52,603 nucleotides of DNA from a virus (IMGVR_UViG_3300048121_000820:1-52603); one strand, 5' to 3'. Shown: positions 25,854 through 37,102, counted from the first letter of the stretch. Notes: generated from the sequence alone by a model not told the origin. A program made the numbers and translations.

Positions 25854-27503
25854 TTAATAATTTTTTGGTAAAAAATCTTTATTTCCTCTTACAGAAGCTA
25901 AAACCTCAGCGGCAAATCTTGGATCGCTTTCTACTGCTCTAATGAAATTATCAAAATCTCTTTTATCTTTAGGTGATTGACCAAGTTTTTTGTAGTCTTT
26001 ACCCGGAACAAACTTAAAGTCATTGCCGCTCTGCTTAAATCTACCAAGATCTCCAGTTTGGCTCATTCCAAGAAATTTAGCATCAACTACAACATCATTT
26101 CCCTCTGCTCTTACTCCAGTTACTGTAATACCGCTTTTTTTAGAAGATATAGGTTTGCCGTCTCTCAATATATTTGCCTTGTTGCCGCCAGAAGACCCTT
26201 GTATTGTCATTCTATTAAGACTACTGCGGTCTACATTTTTAAAAGTAGGCGTTTTTGCGGTATTTTTATTGGCCGCTATAGTTGGCTGAGCACCACCAGG
26301 AGACCAAGTAGCGGGATTTTCTGCGCTGGACCCAGCTTCTCCAGCAGGAACAATCTCTGCTCCTTCTAAAATATCTCCAGAACCTTCGCCTAGGATCTCT
26401 AATCTTAGCTCCTCTTCACTAATAGGACCGCGGGTAACCTCCTTTTTTGTTTTAGAGTCTACACCATAATATGTATATGTACCATCTTTCATAGCTTGTA
26501 TTGTGTAATCAACTTTTCCTCGGCCGCCTTTTCTAGTCGGCTTAGGGTCATTAGACCCACTAAATCCTTCTATGGTGATCCTTTCACCATCTTCCAAAGC
26601 GGTTATTTGATCAAAATAAGATTGTCTTTGATCTAACGGTATACCAGTATTGGATCCCATTACATATCCATCTTTTGTTTTTTTGTTAGGGTCTGAACCT
26701 GAATCTGAACCTGAGCCGCTAGGCGTAAAAAATGAATCATTTATTTCTGTTCCTGCGTTACCTATAGTTTGTATTATAAATGACTTTAGCTGCCCTATGT
26801 TCTCTGGATTTGTTAAATCTTCTGGTATTTCTAAATTATCAAGACCAGGCAGTAAGTCGTCACTTATCATCGATAATATATCACTTCTGCTTGCCTCATT
26901 TATAGTAGTGGCTATTTTATTTTTAAATAGACCCATCTGAGCATCTGAGAGGCCTTTTTTGGAATCTGCTATTTTTCCTATATCGGAAAGCAGCGAATTA
27001 GCAGTATCGTAAGATTTTAAAGAATAATCCGCTAATTGAGTATAAGGTTTAAATTCACCTAAACCATCTTCAAACATTAAATTACCGTAGTCGTCTATTT
27101 CCATGTTAGACTTACCGGAATAAATATTAACTAGGGGCATAGTAGACCCATCCGCATAATTCGCTTTTGAAATTCTGCCCTCATTAAAATCGTCCAAAAA
27201 TTGCTTTTGGTTTTTTTCAATAGCCTTTTGCTGGGTTGCTAAATTTTCCAAATTATTTCTAACACCATTCATTTCTCTTACATTGTCTAAATATGCAGGA
27301 TCTGTAGGCTTAAGACCTTTATTAGTTGCTCTAAAAGCAGCGTTAGAATAAATATCTGCTTGACGCTGTACATACTCTCTTTGCTTTCTTTGTTGCTCAG
27401 GCGTTAGACCTGCTTTAACAGCTCCACTTTCCGCAACAGCCAAAAACTCGCCCACTTTATCGCGATCGGTTTGTACTAGTTTATTTATATAGTCTTTATT
27501 CAT
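25854..27503 (-). CDS. Putative internal virion/ejection protein
   Basis: 549 aa, helical N-terminus; lies between the pilot-like and giant proteins. Confidence 0.55.
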   Translation of the reverse strand: MNKDYINKLVQTDRDKVGEFLAVAESGAVKAGLTPEQQRKQREYVQRQADIYSNAAFRATNKGLKPTDPAYLDNVREMNGVRNNLENLATQQKAIEKNQKQFLDDFNEGRISKANYADGSTMPLVNIYSGKSNMEIDDYGNLMFEDGLGEFKPYTQLADYSLKSYDTANSLLSDIGKIADSKKGLSDAQMGLFKNKIATTINEASRSDILSMISDDLLPGLDNLEIPEDLTNPENIGQLKSFIIQTIGNAGTEINDSFFTPSGSGSDSGSDPNKKTKDGYVMGSNTGIPLDQRQSYFDQITALEDGERITIEGFSGSNDPKPTRKGGRGKVDYTIQAMKDGTYTYYGVDSKTKKEVTRGPISEEELRLEILGEGSGDILEGAEIVPAGEAGSSAENPATWSPGGAQPTIAANKNTAKTPTFKNVDRSSLNRMTIQGSSGGNKANILRDGKPISSKKSGITVTGVRAEGNDVVVDAKFLGMSQTGDLGRFKQSGNDFKFVPGKDYKKLGQSPKDKRDFDNFIRAVESDPRFAAEVLASVRGNKDFLPKNY

Positions 27504-27518
27504 TTTAAAAATATTGTA

Positions 27519-28121
27519 TTATCCCATAATGCCCGAAGTAGCAAACCCACCGGCTAAGTTGCCAACGCCTCCTAGTATTCCTTGAGTTGCGGCGTTTCTT
27601 GCTTCATTAGCGGCTTGAACTCTTTGCCCTGACATACCCATTAAAGTAGAAACTTTATTAAGCTCTGCTTCTCTTGATTTTAATTCGCCAGCGGCCTCCA
27701 TTCTTTGTAGATTAGATTCTTGCTGCATTTGAGCCATTTGGTTTTGTCTTTCTTGTTGACCAATACTTACGCTAGCTCTTTCTGCGTTCATCGAAGATTG
27801 GTTTGCCATAGCCTGTGCTAAGGCAGCAATACCTGATCCACCTGCGGCACCTTGCATTCCAGACATAGTGTTAGCCAATGATTGTTGTTGTGCTCTATTA
27901 GCAAATTCAGCTTGTTGCTGATTCACTGTTAAGTCTTCGTAAACGTTTTCGAGTCCTGCATATACATTAGATGTGTCTAAATTTTCAAACTGCGCTTTTC
28001 TTCTTTGAAATTCTTGCTGAGCTCTTCTTTGCTCTCTTTTCCTTTTGCCACTGCCTATAATCCCTCCGGCTATTCCCATTAAGCCTTGGACTCCAGACAT
28101 AACTGCTCCCATTGGTATCAT
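27519..28121 (-). CDS. Putative ejection/pilot-like protein
   Basis: Gly/Ala-rich hydrophobic termini with a Q/A-rich coiled-coil core, typical of small podovirus ejection proteins. Confidence 0.65.
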   Translation of the reverse strand: MIPMGAVMSGVQGLMGIAGGIIGSGKRKREQRRAQQEFQRRKAQFENLDTSNVYAGLENVYEDLTVNQQQAEFANRAQQQSLANTMSGMQGAAGGSGIAALAQAMANQSSMNAERASVSIGQQERQNQMAQMQQESNLQRMEAAGELKSREAELNKVSTLMGMSGQRVQAANEARNAATQGILGGVGNLAGGFATSGIMG

Positions 28122-28141
28122 ATCTTTATTATTTTATTATT

Positions 28142-28156
28142 ATATTATTACACATT
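28142..28156 (-). promoter_or_regulatory. Candidate late promoter (AATGTGTAATAATAT)
   Basis: Near-identical to 6490-6504; precedes the cargo-protein block. Confidence 0.4.
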
Positions 28157-28478
28157 ATTTACTGCTTTCAAATATTTCAGTACCCACAGAAAACAGCTCT
28201 GCATATTTTGTTGTATTATTTCTAAATTGAATTTCCGCGTAATAGCCCTTTAGTTGGCCCACGTGCCCAATGGGATCTTTCACATAAAACACAAAGTCTT
28301 GTGCCACAGGAGGTGCTACCCCAGCAGCCGCGTCTATAATTATTGTTGTTCCATTAATTGATGTTATAGGGCCCATCTGTATTTCTGTTCCTTCAGAAAT
28401 ATCGACGTACCAAGCTATATCTCCTGTTTGAATATTGACAGGAAGCGGATTTGAAAATGTTAGTGTTATATCTGGCAT
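28155..28478 (-). CDS. Small structural/tail-associated protein
   Basis: 107 aa, beta-rich; ends LKGYYAEIQF...ELFSVGTEIFESSK. Confidence 0.6.
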   Translation of the reverse strand: MPDITLTFSNPLPVNIQTGDIAWYVDISEGTEIQMGPITSINGTTIIIDAAAGVAPPVAQDFVFYVKDPIGHVGQLKGYYAEIQFRNNTTKYAELFSVGTEIFESSK

Positions 28479-30028
28479 TATGGCGTATATGAAATTATGT
28501 TACTTAAATCTAAATCAAATGTTATACCTGCATCCCCTACATTTACAATTGCAATATCACATTTTAAATTAACAGTGGAGCTATTTACTAAAGTTACATT
28601 ACTATTAAAAACTTCTATTTTGTTACCATTATCTCTATAAAAATTTATTTGTTGATTATCTAAAACAGTTATAGCTGGTGAAATTGTTAATGCTGTAGAC
28701 GTATTAACACCAGAAACTGTAGATTCATACGGTGCCAATTCATCCAATAATGCAATCTTGTCACCCACAACTATCCCCGCTGTACTATCTAAAGTAAGTG
28801 AGGTTACATTTGTTTGGTTCCCATTAGCGGCAGTTATAATTTCATCTGTGTTTGTAAAATCCGAAGTTTCTATTTGTTTTATAACGGTGAACGTGCCTGT
28901 GCCGGTATAAGGTGAAAGATTATAATCTAATTTTATTAACCATATGCCAGAAGACTGCGTTAAATTTGTAAAAGGATTTTGAGTCAAAGCCGCTATTTCT
29001 GTGCGCGGATCGGTCGACGGCCAACCAGAAACAGGGGTAGGAACATTATTTACTTTACCTACTATAATTTGAACTTCATTTAATTGACTAACGGTAAAAG
29101 GGTTAGGCAATGGTATATTAGCAACATTTGACCCTGTTAGCTCTATAGTATACAGTCTATTGGGTTGCCCTTTTGTTAACGCCGGGAATGATACATCTTG
29201 CTCAAATCTTCCGTTTGCATCAAGAGGCTGATTGTTTATAATTGTTGTTGTTGTTGTACCGTCATTTAATGTAGCGCTGAAAGTTGTTGAGGGAGTTCCT
29301 AAAACCACTAAAGATCTAATTTCAGCATCATTGCCCAATACGGAAGTATTAAAGGTATATCCTGTTATTTTTGGCAAAGGATTATAAATTAAATTTGTTT
29401 TAGGTACTACTATATCAATATGATCTCCTGAAATATCAGCGGAGGGATATATGTAATTAACATCGTAAGTTATATTTGTTAATCTATTTTGCGAATCAAA
29501 AATTGGAGTTTGGATTATATTATAGTTGGATTGATTTCCTTGCGTTACATTTATTGAAGGTAGCCCATTATTAGCCCACGCAAAACCTGTTGCGGCGTTA
29601 TATGTTCTTGTAAAAAGCAATTCATTATTCCCTACATTACCACTGTTAGAATAAGTAGTATCTGTCTCGCTACTATCTCCTGTAACATCAGCCCCTACAA
29701 CTGCTGTAACTGTTCCCCCTATTGTTATTTCGTTAACAACACCTTGGCCCACAATACACAAAGGTATTGTAACGTTAGCGGATGGCATAGTTACAGTAGG
29801 TAAAAAAGTAGTTGTACATATAACATTAGTTCCGCTTTGCGTAAACGTTACACTTTGTACATATGCATTAGAAAACGAAGGGTCTAAACTAAAGTCAGAT
29901 GCTGTAACAGTATGCCCAGACAATGGGGATATTGTTATTATAGCGCTTGTAACTTGATCGTTTATTACAGTACCCTCTTGTATATTAAACACAGCGTTTG
30001 AAAAACTATAGTTATTTATTTCCGGCAT
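28478..30028 (-). CDS. Beta-rich (Ig-like?) tail-associated protein
   Basis: 516 aa, T/N/V/I-rich; follows the muzzle gene. Confidence 0.55.
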   Translation of the reverse strand: MPEINNYSFSNAVFNIQEGTVINDQVTSAIITISPLSGHTVTASDFSLDPSFSNAYVQSVTFTQSGTNVICTTTFLPTVTMPSANVTIPLCIVGQGVVNEITIGGTVTAVVGADVTGDSSETDTTYSNSGNVGNNELLFTRTYNAATGFAWANNGLPSINVTQGNQSNYNIIQTPIFDSQNRLTNITYDVNYIYPSADISGDHIDIVVPKTNLIYNPLPKITGYTFNTSVLGNDAEIRSLVVLGTPSTTFSATLNDGTTTTTIINNQPLDANGRFEQDVSFPALTKGQPNRLYTIELTGSNVANIPLPNPFTVSQLNEVQIIVGKVNNVPTPVSGWPSTDPRTEIAALTQNPFTNLTQSSGIWLIKLDYNLSPYTGTGTFTVIKQIETSDFTNTDEIITAANGNQTNVTSLTLDSTAGIVVGDKIALLDELAPYESTVSGVNTSTALTISPAITVLDNQQINFYRDNGNKIEVFNSNVTLVNSSTVNLKCDIAIVNVGDAGITFDLDLSNIISYTP

Positions 30029-30037
30029 ATTATTATA

Positions 30038-33000
30038 TTAAGGTGCTACTGGAGTTATTGCGTTATATCTCATCCAGGAGGTTATTATTCCATTTGTTAT
30101 TTTTATTAATCGGTATTCATTTGGTATTGGAGTAGGGTCATTTGGATCTAGGGCAAGGTTAGGATCAACAGTAGAAGATCCTACCCACAAATACATTGCA
30201 TCAAAAGGCACAAATTCACATGGGTTACTTACGTGCTGCCCGTAGTTCCATATTTTAGTACCAACGTCAACCCCGTCAGATAAATTATATCTCCATTCTA
30301 CATTAACATTGCCTACAGGGCCTCCATTTGGATAATCAGTAAAGTTCTCTTCAATAACATATCTAGTGTTACCAAAGTTAGTATATCCTGACCAGTTTAC
30401 GCCACTATATATATCACTAGAATCAGGAGATCTAAACCAATAAAAATTAATTTCAGTATCAGGCATACAGTCGTCTTCACAGGCCGCTAATGTATTATAT
30501 TGTGTCCACGATGCTATTTGGCCGCTACTATCTAATATCATTACGTAATAAGTAGAAGGTGCAACTGTTGCATTATTAGCGTCTAGCCCAGCGTGATTCA
30601 CTGTTAAATCAGACATTTGTTGCCCAGCACCAACGAATAAATATGCGCCAGGCGTGGTGATAGGTTCGTTAGTTAAGCTATTATACATTTGCGTGCCAAC
30701 TTGCAGCCCCTGACTAGATAAATAAGAAAATGCAGTTGCATTATTTGAAACCAAAGTATAATTTTGAAAAAGAGGATCGTAGAACTCTTCGATTAAACAC
30801 TTAATATCTTGAGCAATAGTTTCATTTTCAATGTTTAACTCTATAGTCGGTTTAACACAATTCCATATATTTACAAAAGATTGTATTACATCAGGCACAG
30901 CTCCTCCGCTTCCGCTACAGCCTTCATCAATTGTAACAGTTAATATGTAATCCTGTGGGTCGCTATCTATGATATCAGGGTTACCAATTCCATCAGGTGT
31001 GTCGTCGCAGTCATTAAATATCTCCAACCCTTTTATGTAATTAAAATATTTACCCTCTTTCTTTTCAAATTCTTTAACTTCTCCTCCTTCGAGGTCAGTT
31101 TTAACAAAGTTTACATACCAACCTGGTTGCTTTTGTTGTATTGAAGTAGGTATTGCAGGTATAGCGTTTATTTCAGCTATTGAATACCATTCGGAATCAT
31201 GCAGATACTCAAATCTTCTTGATCTTGTTCCTGTGTAATTTACAGTGCTAAACCCTTTTACAGATTGAGGCCCATCGTTCATTAGAACATTGAAGGAGCT
31301 GTCATATTGTTGCCTATAAAAGTTGTTATATAGTATGTTTAGCCCGTGCTCATATATTCGGCCATCTTTAAAAGTGTAATAGATATTGTTTAAACTTATA
31401 CCACTTTCCGGTATAAATGACTTTCTCGAAGTCCAGCCGTCAACCATTTCTTTAAAAGAAACTGTAGTTTCGTTGCATTTAGTAAAAGCATTTATGTCAC
31501 ATTCCGGTGTTAATTGATATTGTTGACTAGGGCTAAGAATATTATTCCAATCCTGAGACAACCGGTCGAAAGTTATGTTATATAAGTCTTTTTCTTTATC
31601 AAAGCTGCCTATAAGCTTATTTGATACTTTTAAATTATCAGCGAAAAAGTCAGACATACCCTTTCCAGCTATATCCGTTACTCCGTCCATTGATAATCGT
31701 AAAACAGCTCCACGGTTTTTGTCTGTGAAATATATTCTATAATTATCCGCCGCAAAGCTTTCAGGGTTTTTGCTTATTCCAAACTCACCAAAAGTAGCAG
31801 GAACCATAGCTTGGCCTAAAACAGCATTATTACCGGTTAAATTAACATTGCCATCTGCATTAAATAAAGCATCTTTATTCGCTAATATTTTTACTATTTT
31901 GTCCTCACATAAAGCTAATAAATCTGTTTGTCTGGTATGTAGTTTTTGAATTGTACCATATGTTGGATTTAAATCTTTTGTTATAGGTTCTGCTTGTATA
32001 AATTGGTTGAGCCTATTTATACCGCTTGTAGAGTTAAATATTTGAGAAAATATTAAACCATTCCCCCTTCTTTCTTGAGCGTATGGCTCGTCAAGTGGAG
32101 CAGAAACCTTAGGGCCCTTATCTATTGTAAAAGCATTATAATCGTCTCTTATTCTATTAGATTCCACGCCCTGCCCATAAGAATAACAATTATAATAGCT
32201 ATTTAGCTCATGTGTGCTGTTATAATTCGCTATAGGTATTGCATCAGAAGCTTCGTAATATAAATCTAAATCAATAGCCTCTTTTGGTTCAGTTTCAAAA
32301 ATAGCTGGATTGTTTGATGTTAAAAGCTTATTATCGTCTTCTATTATTTCCTCTACAACTTGAATACCTGTAGGTAAAAAAGTTTCATTGTAGTTTTGAT
32401 CCATTGTATAATATGAGGTTTTACGCATATTAGTATGGACTTGTCTGGGGTCACCAACAATATCTGTATAACCCCTGTAGCTTTTCTTTCTTTCGTATGC
32501 AATAATTTTGTAAACATTATCACTTACCTCTCCGGTGCTAGAGATAAATCTTAATAAAACTCCGGTACCCCTAATATGATTATACTCAAAAGGACCAATC
32601 GTTGCTGAGTGTATATAATGATCGATGTCAAAATCATGTAAAGATACATTAGTACCACCACCATAAGGCCAGCCTGCGAAATTTAATGTAAACTTATTGG
32701 ACCCATTTGAAGGTCTTTTAGGCAAAAAAGGCGTTGTATGCCCATAGCCTCTACTATCTAGCCAGCCCATTTTTATACCACCGTTACCTGGGCTAATACC
32801 TGTAATTGAATTTACAACATTATGCTCAGCTCTAATCGCATATCGTGGTTGCAATGCCTCAAAAGACGCAACAATATTTGTATCAAAAGCAAAGTCTCTA
32901 TTTATTTTAGCAAAAAATCTACCCTCAAATTCTTGTTTATTTTCTACAACATTTTCTAGTATAGAAATGTCGATATTATCTCCAGGATTGTATGAAGACA

Positions 33001-35389
33001 ACCAAGCTGCATCAAACCCTAAAGGCCTTTCTAGTGTAATGGTATATTGGTCACCTACTCCTGTTGGTCCTCCTGATTTTATATCGTATTTATCAGTGAC
33101 ATTAGCCCCTGCTACTATTTGTAATTTTCTAGTAGATTTAAATCCTTCTTTAAATAAAGTATTTGTTGTTCCGCAATTAAATATTAGTGTAATAAAATCT
33201 TGCTCAAATCCGCTTGTAATTTCAACTGTTGCTCTAGCTATGGTTGACTCAAAAGTTTTTATAAAATCTGGCGCCTCGTTTTCTATAGCTAATACCTTAT
33301 ATCTATTTAAATTATCTACCGCAACGTTGTTATCATGCTGCTTTTTAAGAATTAGATAGGTCTCCTCATCAAGTTTATTTCTTTCTGACGAAGGAAATGA
33401 TAGCCATACATTGCCATCTTCTGCGAAATAAAACCTATCTAAGGCTAAATTATAATACTGATTAGAGGTTTCTTTTATAAAAAATTTAAAATGAGTTGCC
33501 CAGCTTGGAGAGGGTCCAGACGGGGTTATTTGAAGAACGTTTGTGCTAACAGAATTTAATATAGGTATATTTATAGAAGCTGTTTTTGTTGTTTGCACCG
33601 GGGTTTCTCTCCCATATTTGTCTTTAAATACTATTCCCGCTTGATAAGTTCTTATTGATTTTAAACTTGAGAAAGGTTGTCTTTCAAAAGGATTTGGAAC
33701 GGTTTCTTGATTGATCGTTAAATTTGCGGGGTGAACTTTCGGCAAATAACTTACTGTTAAATCAATAGGATATTCTATATTATAATTTTGTAAATAATTA
33801 CCATATATTATTCTATTTCCAACAATCTCTTGTGATTTAGCTTTACGTGGAACATTATCCCAAGGTCTTAATATTTGATTAGACTGTACAACCGCTCCAA
33901 TTATCTCGGACTTTATTTCAAAAGATGTAGGCACACTTCCAGCGCCAGCGTTATAGGGTAAAAAATCTTTTTTCTTAATAGAATCAACAGAATAAACCGT
34001 TGTATTATGAGATTCCTTATATAATATTTCTATCTCATCTACTTCCTCTGTTCCTAATTCTAAAGAATTTATAATAAGTTTTCTAATATTGTTAGTCATC
34101 CCGACATTATACCCGTCTGAAGACAAGTATTTAAAATCATTGCCAACAAAAGCTACTTCTGAAAATGGAGAAAAACAAGAATATTCATTATCAATATATT
34201 TCCAACGATATGCAAATCTTGGGAAAATATATTCAAACATAGGCTCCTTTTCTTCAAGCAATACCTCCCATTGTATTAATATTACATCGCCATTTTCATC
34301 TGTAGGTTTATATAAATCAGATGAAATACCTAATATTTTAGCCGTTACTATACTATTATTTAAAGAATCAATTTGTACTCTAAGTTGATATTCAAATGTT
34401 TCATTAAATTGTGAGGTAAATTTACCGTTTAATAATAATATATCGTCATTTTGCCAAACAGGTCCTCCGTTGTTTGCAAATTGGTCGTATATAGGCGCAA
34501 CATCAAAAGTAATTAAACCGTTCCAATTGGGTATATTACTATTTGCATAATATGTAGGGCTTTCTTCTATATTAGCTAAATATGCTCCGTATGTGTCTAA
34601 AGGAAGGGTTACAGCAGGTTCTAAGGTATTAGGTATAAATGTAAAATTTCCAGTACCTGTGCCTGCTGGGCTTTCGGCTGTAGTGTATACTGGAGTAATA
34701 CCTGTGCCGTTAATATTATTACCGAAGGGAGATGCAGAAACATCTAATAATGGCGCTTTTAAAGGGGATTTTTTAATTACAGTAATATCGTCTTCTGTAA
34801 AGTTTGGTTCCGCGCTTCCGCCAAAGCCACAATTAACCTCTGTATAATTATCTTGTCCTGGGTTCCATTCAGGAATTTTCGTATGTGTATTAAAATTACA
34901 AGATCCAGCTTTAAACTTGTTAATATTAATTCTTTTTGGTTCTGTCTGATCGTCTGTCCAAAATAAAAACTTATCAATTATGTTAACTCCTGTAATTAAA
35001 TAATCTGTAGAAAAATTTAATATGTTATTTGTGTCGACTAATATGGGATGTATATACCCTGTTGTGGTGTCTAATTCAGCGATAGCGCTAACATTGTCAG
35101 ACGCAATAAACCAATATATTTTTTCGTTTATATCGTTTTTTATAGACGCGATACAAACAGGATTATCTAAATCTTCTATATAGTTAGCCTGCCATCCGTT
35201 TTCAGTGTCTGATATTTTGCCGCGCAATTCAACATTGCCTTTTACATTTTGTAAAGTACCTACGTTAGACCCCTCTGAGTTTGCTAAATCTAAGTTTAAA
35301 GCATCGCGATATTGGCCCTGAGGCACTAGTCGCTCGTCGAGATCTTTATTCATTTTCCCAGTCTGGAAAGAACGGATAAATTCTGGCAT
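30038..35389 (-). CDS. Tail stabilisation/muzzle protein (crAss-like, P22 gp10-like)
   Basis: N-terminal GKMNKDLDERLVP.GQYRDALN; LFWTD..EP.RIN; GNRIIYGNY; FGIS.NPESF; YFTD..RG.VLRLS; GWTS. Confidence 0.8.
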   Translation of the reverse strand: MPEFIRSFQTGKMNKDLDERLVPQGQYRDALNLDLANSEGSNVGTLQNVKGNVELRGKISDTENGWQANYIEDLDNPVCIASIKNDINEKIYWFIASDNVSAIAELDTTTGYIHPILVDTNNILNFSTDYLITGVNIIDKFLFWTDDQTEPKRININKFKAGSCNFNTHTKIPEWNPGQDNYTEVNCGFGGSAEPNFTEDDITVIKKSPLKAPLLDVSASPFGNNINGTGITPVYTTAESPAGTGTGNFTFIPNTLEPAVTLPLDTYGAYLANIEESPTYYANSNIPNWNGLITFDVAPIYDQFANNGGPVWQNDDILLLNGKFTSQFNETFEYQLRVQIDSLNNSIVTAKILGISSDLYKPTDENGDVILIQWEVLLEEKEPMFEYIFPRFAYRWKYIDNEYSCFSPFSEVAFVGNDFKYLSSDGYNVGMTNNIRKLIINSLELGTEEVDEIEILYKESHNTTVYSVDSIKKKDFLPYNAGAGSVPTSFEIKSEIIGAVVQSNQILRPWDNVPRKAKSQEIVGNRIIYGNYLQNYNIEYPIDLTVSYLPKVHPANLTINQETVPNPFERQPFSSLKSIRTYQAGIVFKDKYGRETPVQTTKTASINIPILNSVSTNVLQITPSGPSPSWATHFKFFIKETSNQYYNLALDRFYFAEDGNVWLSFPSSERNKLDEETYLILKKQHDNNVAVDNLNRYKVLAIENEAPDFIKTFESTIARATVEITSGFEQDFITLIFNCGTTNTLFKEGFKSTRKLQIVAGANVTDKYDIKSGGPTGVGDQYTITLERPLGFDAAWLSSYNPGDNIDISILENVVENKQEFEGRFFAKINRDFAFDTNIVASFEALQPRYAIRAEHNVVNSITGISPGNGGIKMGWLDSRGYGHTTPFLPKRPSNGSNKFTLNFAGWPYGGGTNVSLHDFDIDHYIHSATIGPFEYNHIRGTGVLLRFISSTGEVSDNVYKIIAYERKKSYRGYTDIVGDPRQVHTNMRKTSYYTMDQNYNETFLPTGIQVVEEIIEDDNKLLTSNNPAIFETEPKEAIDLDLYYEASDAIPIANYNSTHELNSYYNCYSYGQGVESNRIRDDYNAFTIDKGPKVSAPLDEPYAQERRGNGLIFSQIFNSTSGINRLNQFIQAEPITKDLNPTYGTIQKLHTRQTDLLALCEDKIVKILANKDALFNADGNVNLTGNNAVLGQAMVPATFGEFGISKNPESFAADNYRIYFTDKNRGAVLRLSMDGVTDIAGKGMSDFFADNLKVSNKLIGSFDKEKDLYNITFDRLSQDWNNILSPSQQYQLTPECDINAFTKCNETTVSFKEMVDGWTSRKSFIPESGISLNNIYYTFKDGRIYEHGLNILYNNFYRQQYDSSFNVLMNDGPQSVKGFSTVNYTGTRSRRFEYLHDSEWYSIAEINAIPAIPTSIQQKQPGWYVNFVKTDLEGGEVKEFEKKEGKYFNYIKGLEIFNDCDDTPDGIGNPDIIDSDPQDYILTVTIDEGCSGSGGAVPDVIQSFVNIWNCVKPTIELNIENETIAQDIKCLIEEFYDPLFQNYTLVSNNATAFSYLSSQGLQVGTQMYNSLTNEPITTPGAYLFVGAGQQMSDLTVNHAGLDANNATVAPSTYYVMILDSSGQIASWTQYNTLAACEDDCMPDTEINFYWFRSPDSSDIYSGVNWSGYTNFGNTRYVIEENFTDYPNGGPVGNVNVEWRYNLSDGVDVGTKIWNYGQHVSNPCEFVPFDAMYLWVGSSTVDPNLALDPNDPTPIPNEYRLIKITNGIITSWMRYNAITPVAP

Positions 35390-35392
35390 ATA

Positions 35393-36301
35393 TTAGTGTT
35401 TTATTTGTTTAGACTTACCTCGCATGGTTTGCGAAATTTCCTCTAATTTTATATTTGATAATCTTAATTTAGCATTTCGCTTAGCGGCTCTTGCTTCTTT
35501 TTTAAACCTCATTACAAGGTATTCTTGAGTATTTGCTCTAGTCGCTAAAATAGCATGCGCAATATGTTTATATATAGCCTCTTCAGCAAACTTATGCACA
35601 ACCATATCATCTTCGCACCCTAAACCATCACTTATGTATTTTAAAGTTACAATACGATTTGTCATATCAGAACTGAAGTGTATTAGCCCTTTTATTTGGT
35701 CAATATAAAATACTCCATTTGATTGAGTATACTGCGGATCTAAACCATATCTCCCCCCAGCGAAATCAGAGCGAGTAAGTTCTCTTGCGTCTCTACTGTT
35801 AGAGTCTACCAATATGTCATCATTAGAGCTTTGGAATCTTTCCCAAGTTTCGGACTCCTGTGCATAAAGAATTTCCCCGTTATTGTCAAATGTGTATTCG
35901 TAGTTGCTATCCTGTATAATAGGTAAAGGGTTGCTGGTTTTAGAAGTTGGATAAATTATTCTTTCAACTCCGCTTTCGTCAAGCCAAGTTAGCTTTACAT
36001 AGTTAACATAGTCTTGTGGTAAAATCATATACAAAGTAGGTGGAACTTCTATCTCCTGTGATTTAATAGATTGCAGGGTATCAAAATTTAACTCCTGAAT
36101 ACCGCGCTGTGCATGGAATGCAATGTCGGATCTTTTTACTTTAGATATTATTTTATCTTCTCCAACATAAGCTACAACAAAGTTATTTACTATGTCCTTC
36201 AGTGTTATATATTGGTAGTCCCCATAATTTTCGTCTAAGCTATTCCATACGCCGTCTGGCCCCTCGTAATATTGTTCGTTACTTATATTTATTAATGGCA
36301 T
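35393..36301 (-). CDS. Tail ring/tubular protein
   Basis: LPQDYVNYVKL motif; synteny between the capsid block and muzzle. Confidence 0.65.
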   Translation of the reverse strand: MPLINISNEQYYEGPDGVWNSLDENYGDYQYITLKDIVNNFVVAYVGEDKIISKVKRSDIAFHAQRGIQELNFDTLQSIKSQEIEVPPTLYMILPQDYVNYVKLTWLDESGVERIIYPTSKTSNPLPIIQDSNYEYTFDNNGEILYAQESETWERFQSSNDDILVDSNSRDARELTRSDFAGGRYGLDPQYTQSNGVFYIDQIKGLIHFSSDMTNRIVTLKYISDGLGCEDDMVVHKFAEEAIYKHIAHAILATRANTQEYLVMRFKKEARAAKRNAKLRLSNIKLEEISQTMRGKSKQIKH

Positions 36302-36304
36302 ATG

Positions 36305-37033
36305 TTATGATTTTTCTTGTTGGATAGTTTCTACTTCCTCCTGGTTGATGGCGTTGTACATGTTAAAGTCTTTAATCAATAGCCCTGACAACTCTAGTAT
36401 TTTTATAACTAATTCTGTTTCTTCAGAAGGCTCAAGCTCAAAGTTTACTGAATTTGAGGCATCATACAAGGGTTCATCAAAAACAATTTGATATGCCCAT
36501 TGTACAGTGGCCGGTGTTCTAATATAATTACAGCTAACGCTTGACGTAAGCTCTGCGTCGCCGTATACCTTAACGCCCTGCGTGTTTTGAGCGTATATAG
36601 GACGTCTATTAACGGGCCTTGTTAATGGAGATAAGTTTATGTATAATAATTCGTTTTGATTAATTCTTTCAGCCTCTACAAGCTCCGTTGTAGCTGTGAA
36701 TCCATCTGTGATAGCATTTGTATATACAATACTTCCTAGCCTATAAAGATCAGCCGGAAGATCAAAGTGAAGAGTTGTTTGGTTATATGCTAATGACGCG
36801 GATGTTTTAAAAGGGCTTATTTTTTGATCAAGTATGGTTAGCATATCTGAATACTCGGTGTCATTACCGTGTAATCTTCCAAATTGATTTATATCATAAA
36901 AGTATTGCTCAAATAAATCTTGCTGTGCTTGATTAGCAAACAAGTTAAATTCCTGAGCGGTTACATACCCTCGCTGTTCTTTATTTAATATACCTAAAAC
37001 TCTTTGATATACTGTGTTTACATTTATTGGCAT
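36305..37033 (-). CDS. Tail ring/head-tail connector protein
   Basis: LNKEQRGY.T..EFN..A..AQ; LPADLYRL; YIR.P; synteny. Confidence 0.65.
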   Translation of the reverse strand: MPINVNTVYQRVLGILNKEQRGYVTAQEFNLFANQAQQDLFEQYFYDINQFGRLHGNDTEYSDMLTILDQKISPFKTSASLAYNQTTLHFDLPADLYRLGSIVYTNAITDGFTATTELVEAERINQNELLYINLSPLTRPVNRRPIYAQNTQGVKVYGDAELTSSVSCNYIRTPATVQWAYQIVFDEPLYDASNSVNFELEPSEETELVIKILELSGLLIKDFNMYNAINQEEVETIQQEKS

Positions 37034-37048
37034 ATTGTTGTTTATTAT

Positions 37049-37097
37049 TAGTTATAGTAATTAGGCCACTATTACAGCGGCCTAGCTACTATAATTA
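37049..37097 (-). terminator. Long intergenic hairpin (terminator or processing site)
   Basis: Minus strand TAATTATAGTAGCTAGGCCGCT-GTAAT-AGTGGCCTAATTACTATAACTA, an imperfect ~22-bp stem. Confidence 0.6.
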
Positions 37098-37102
37098 GTG
37101 AC

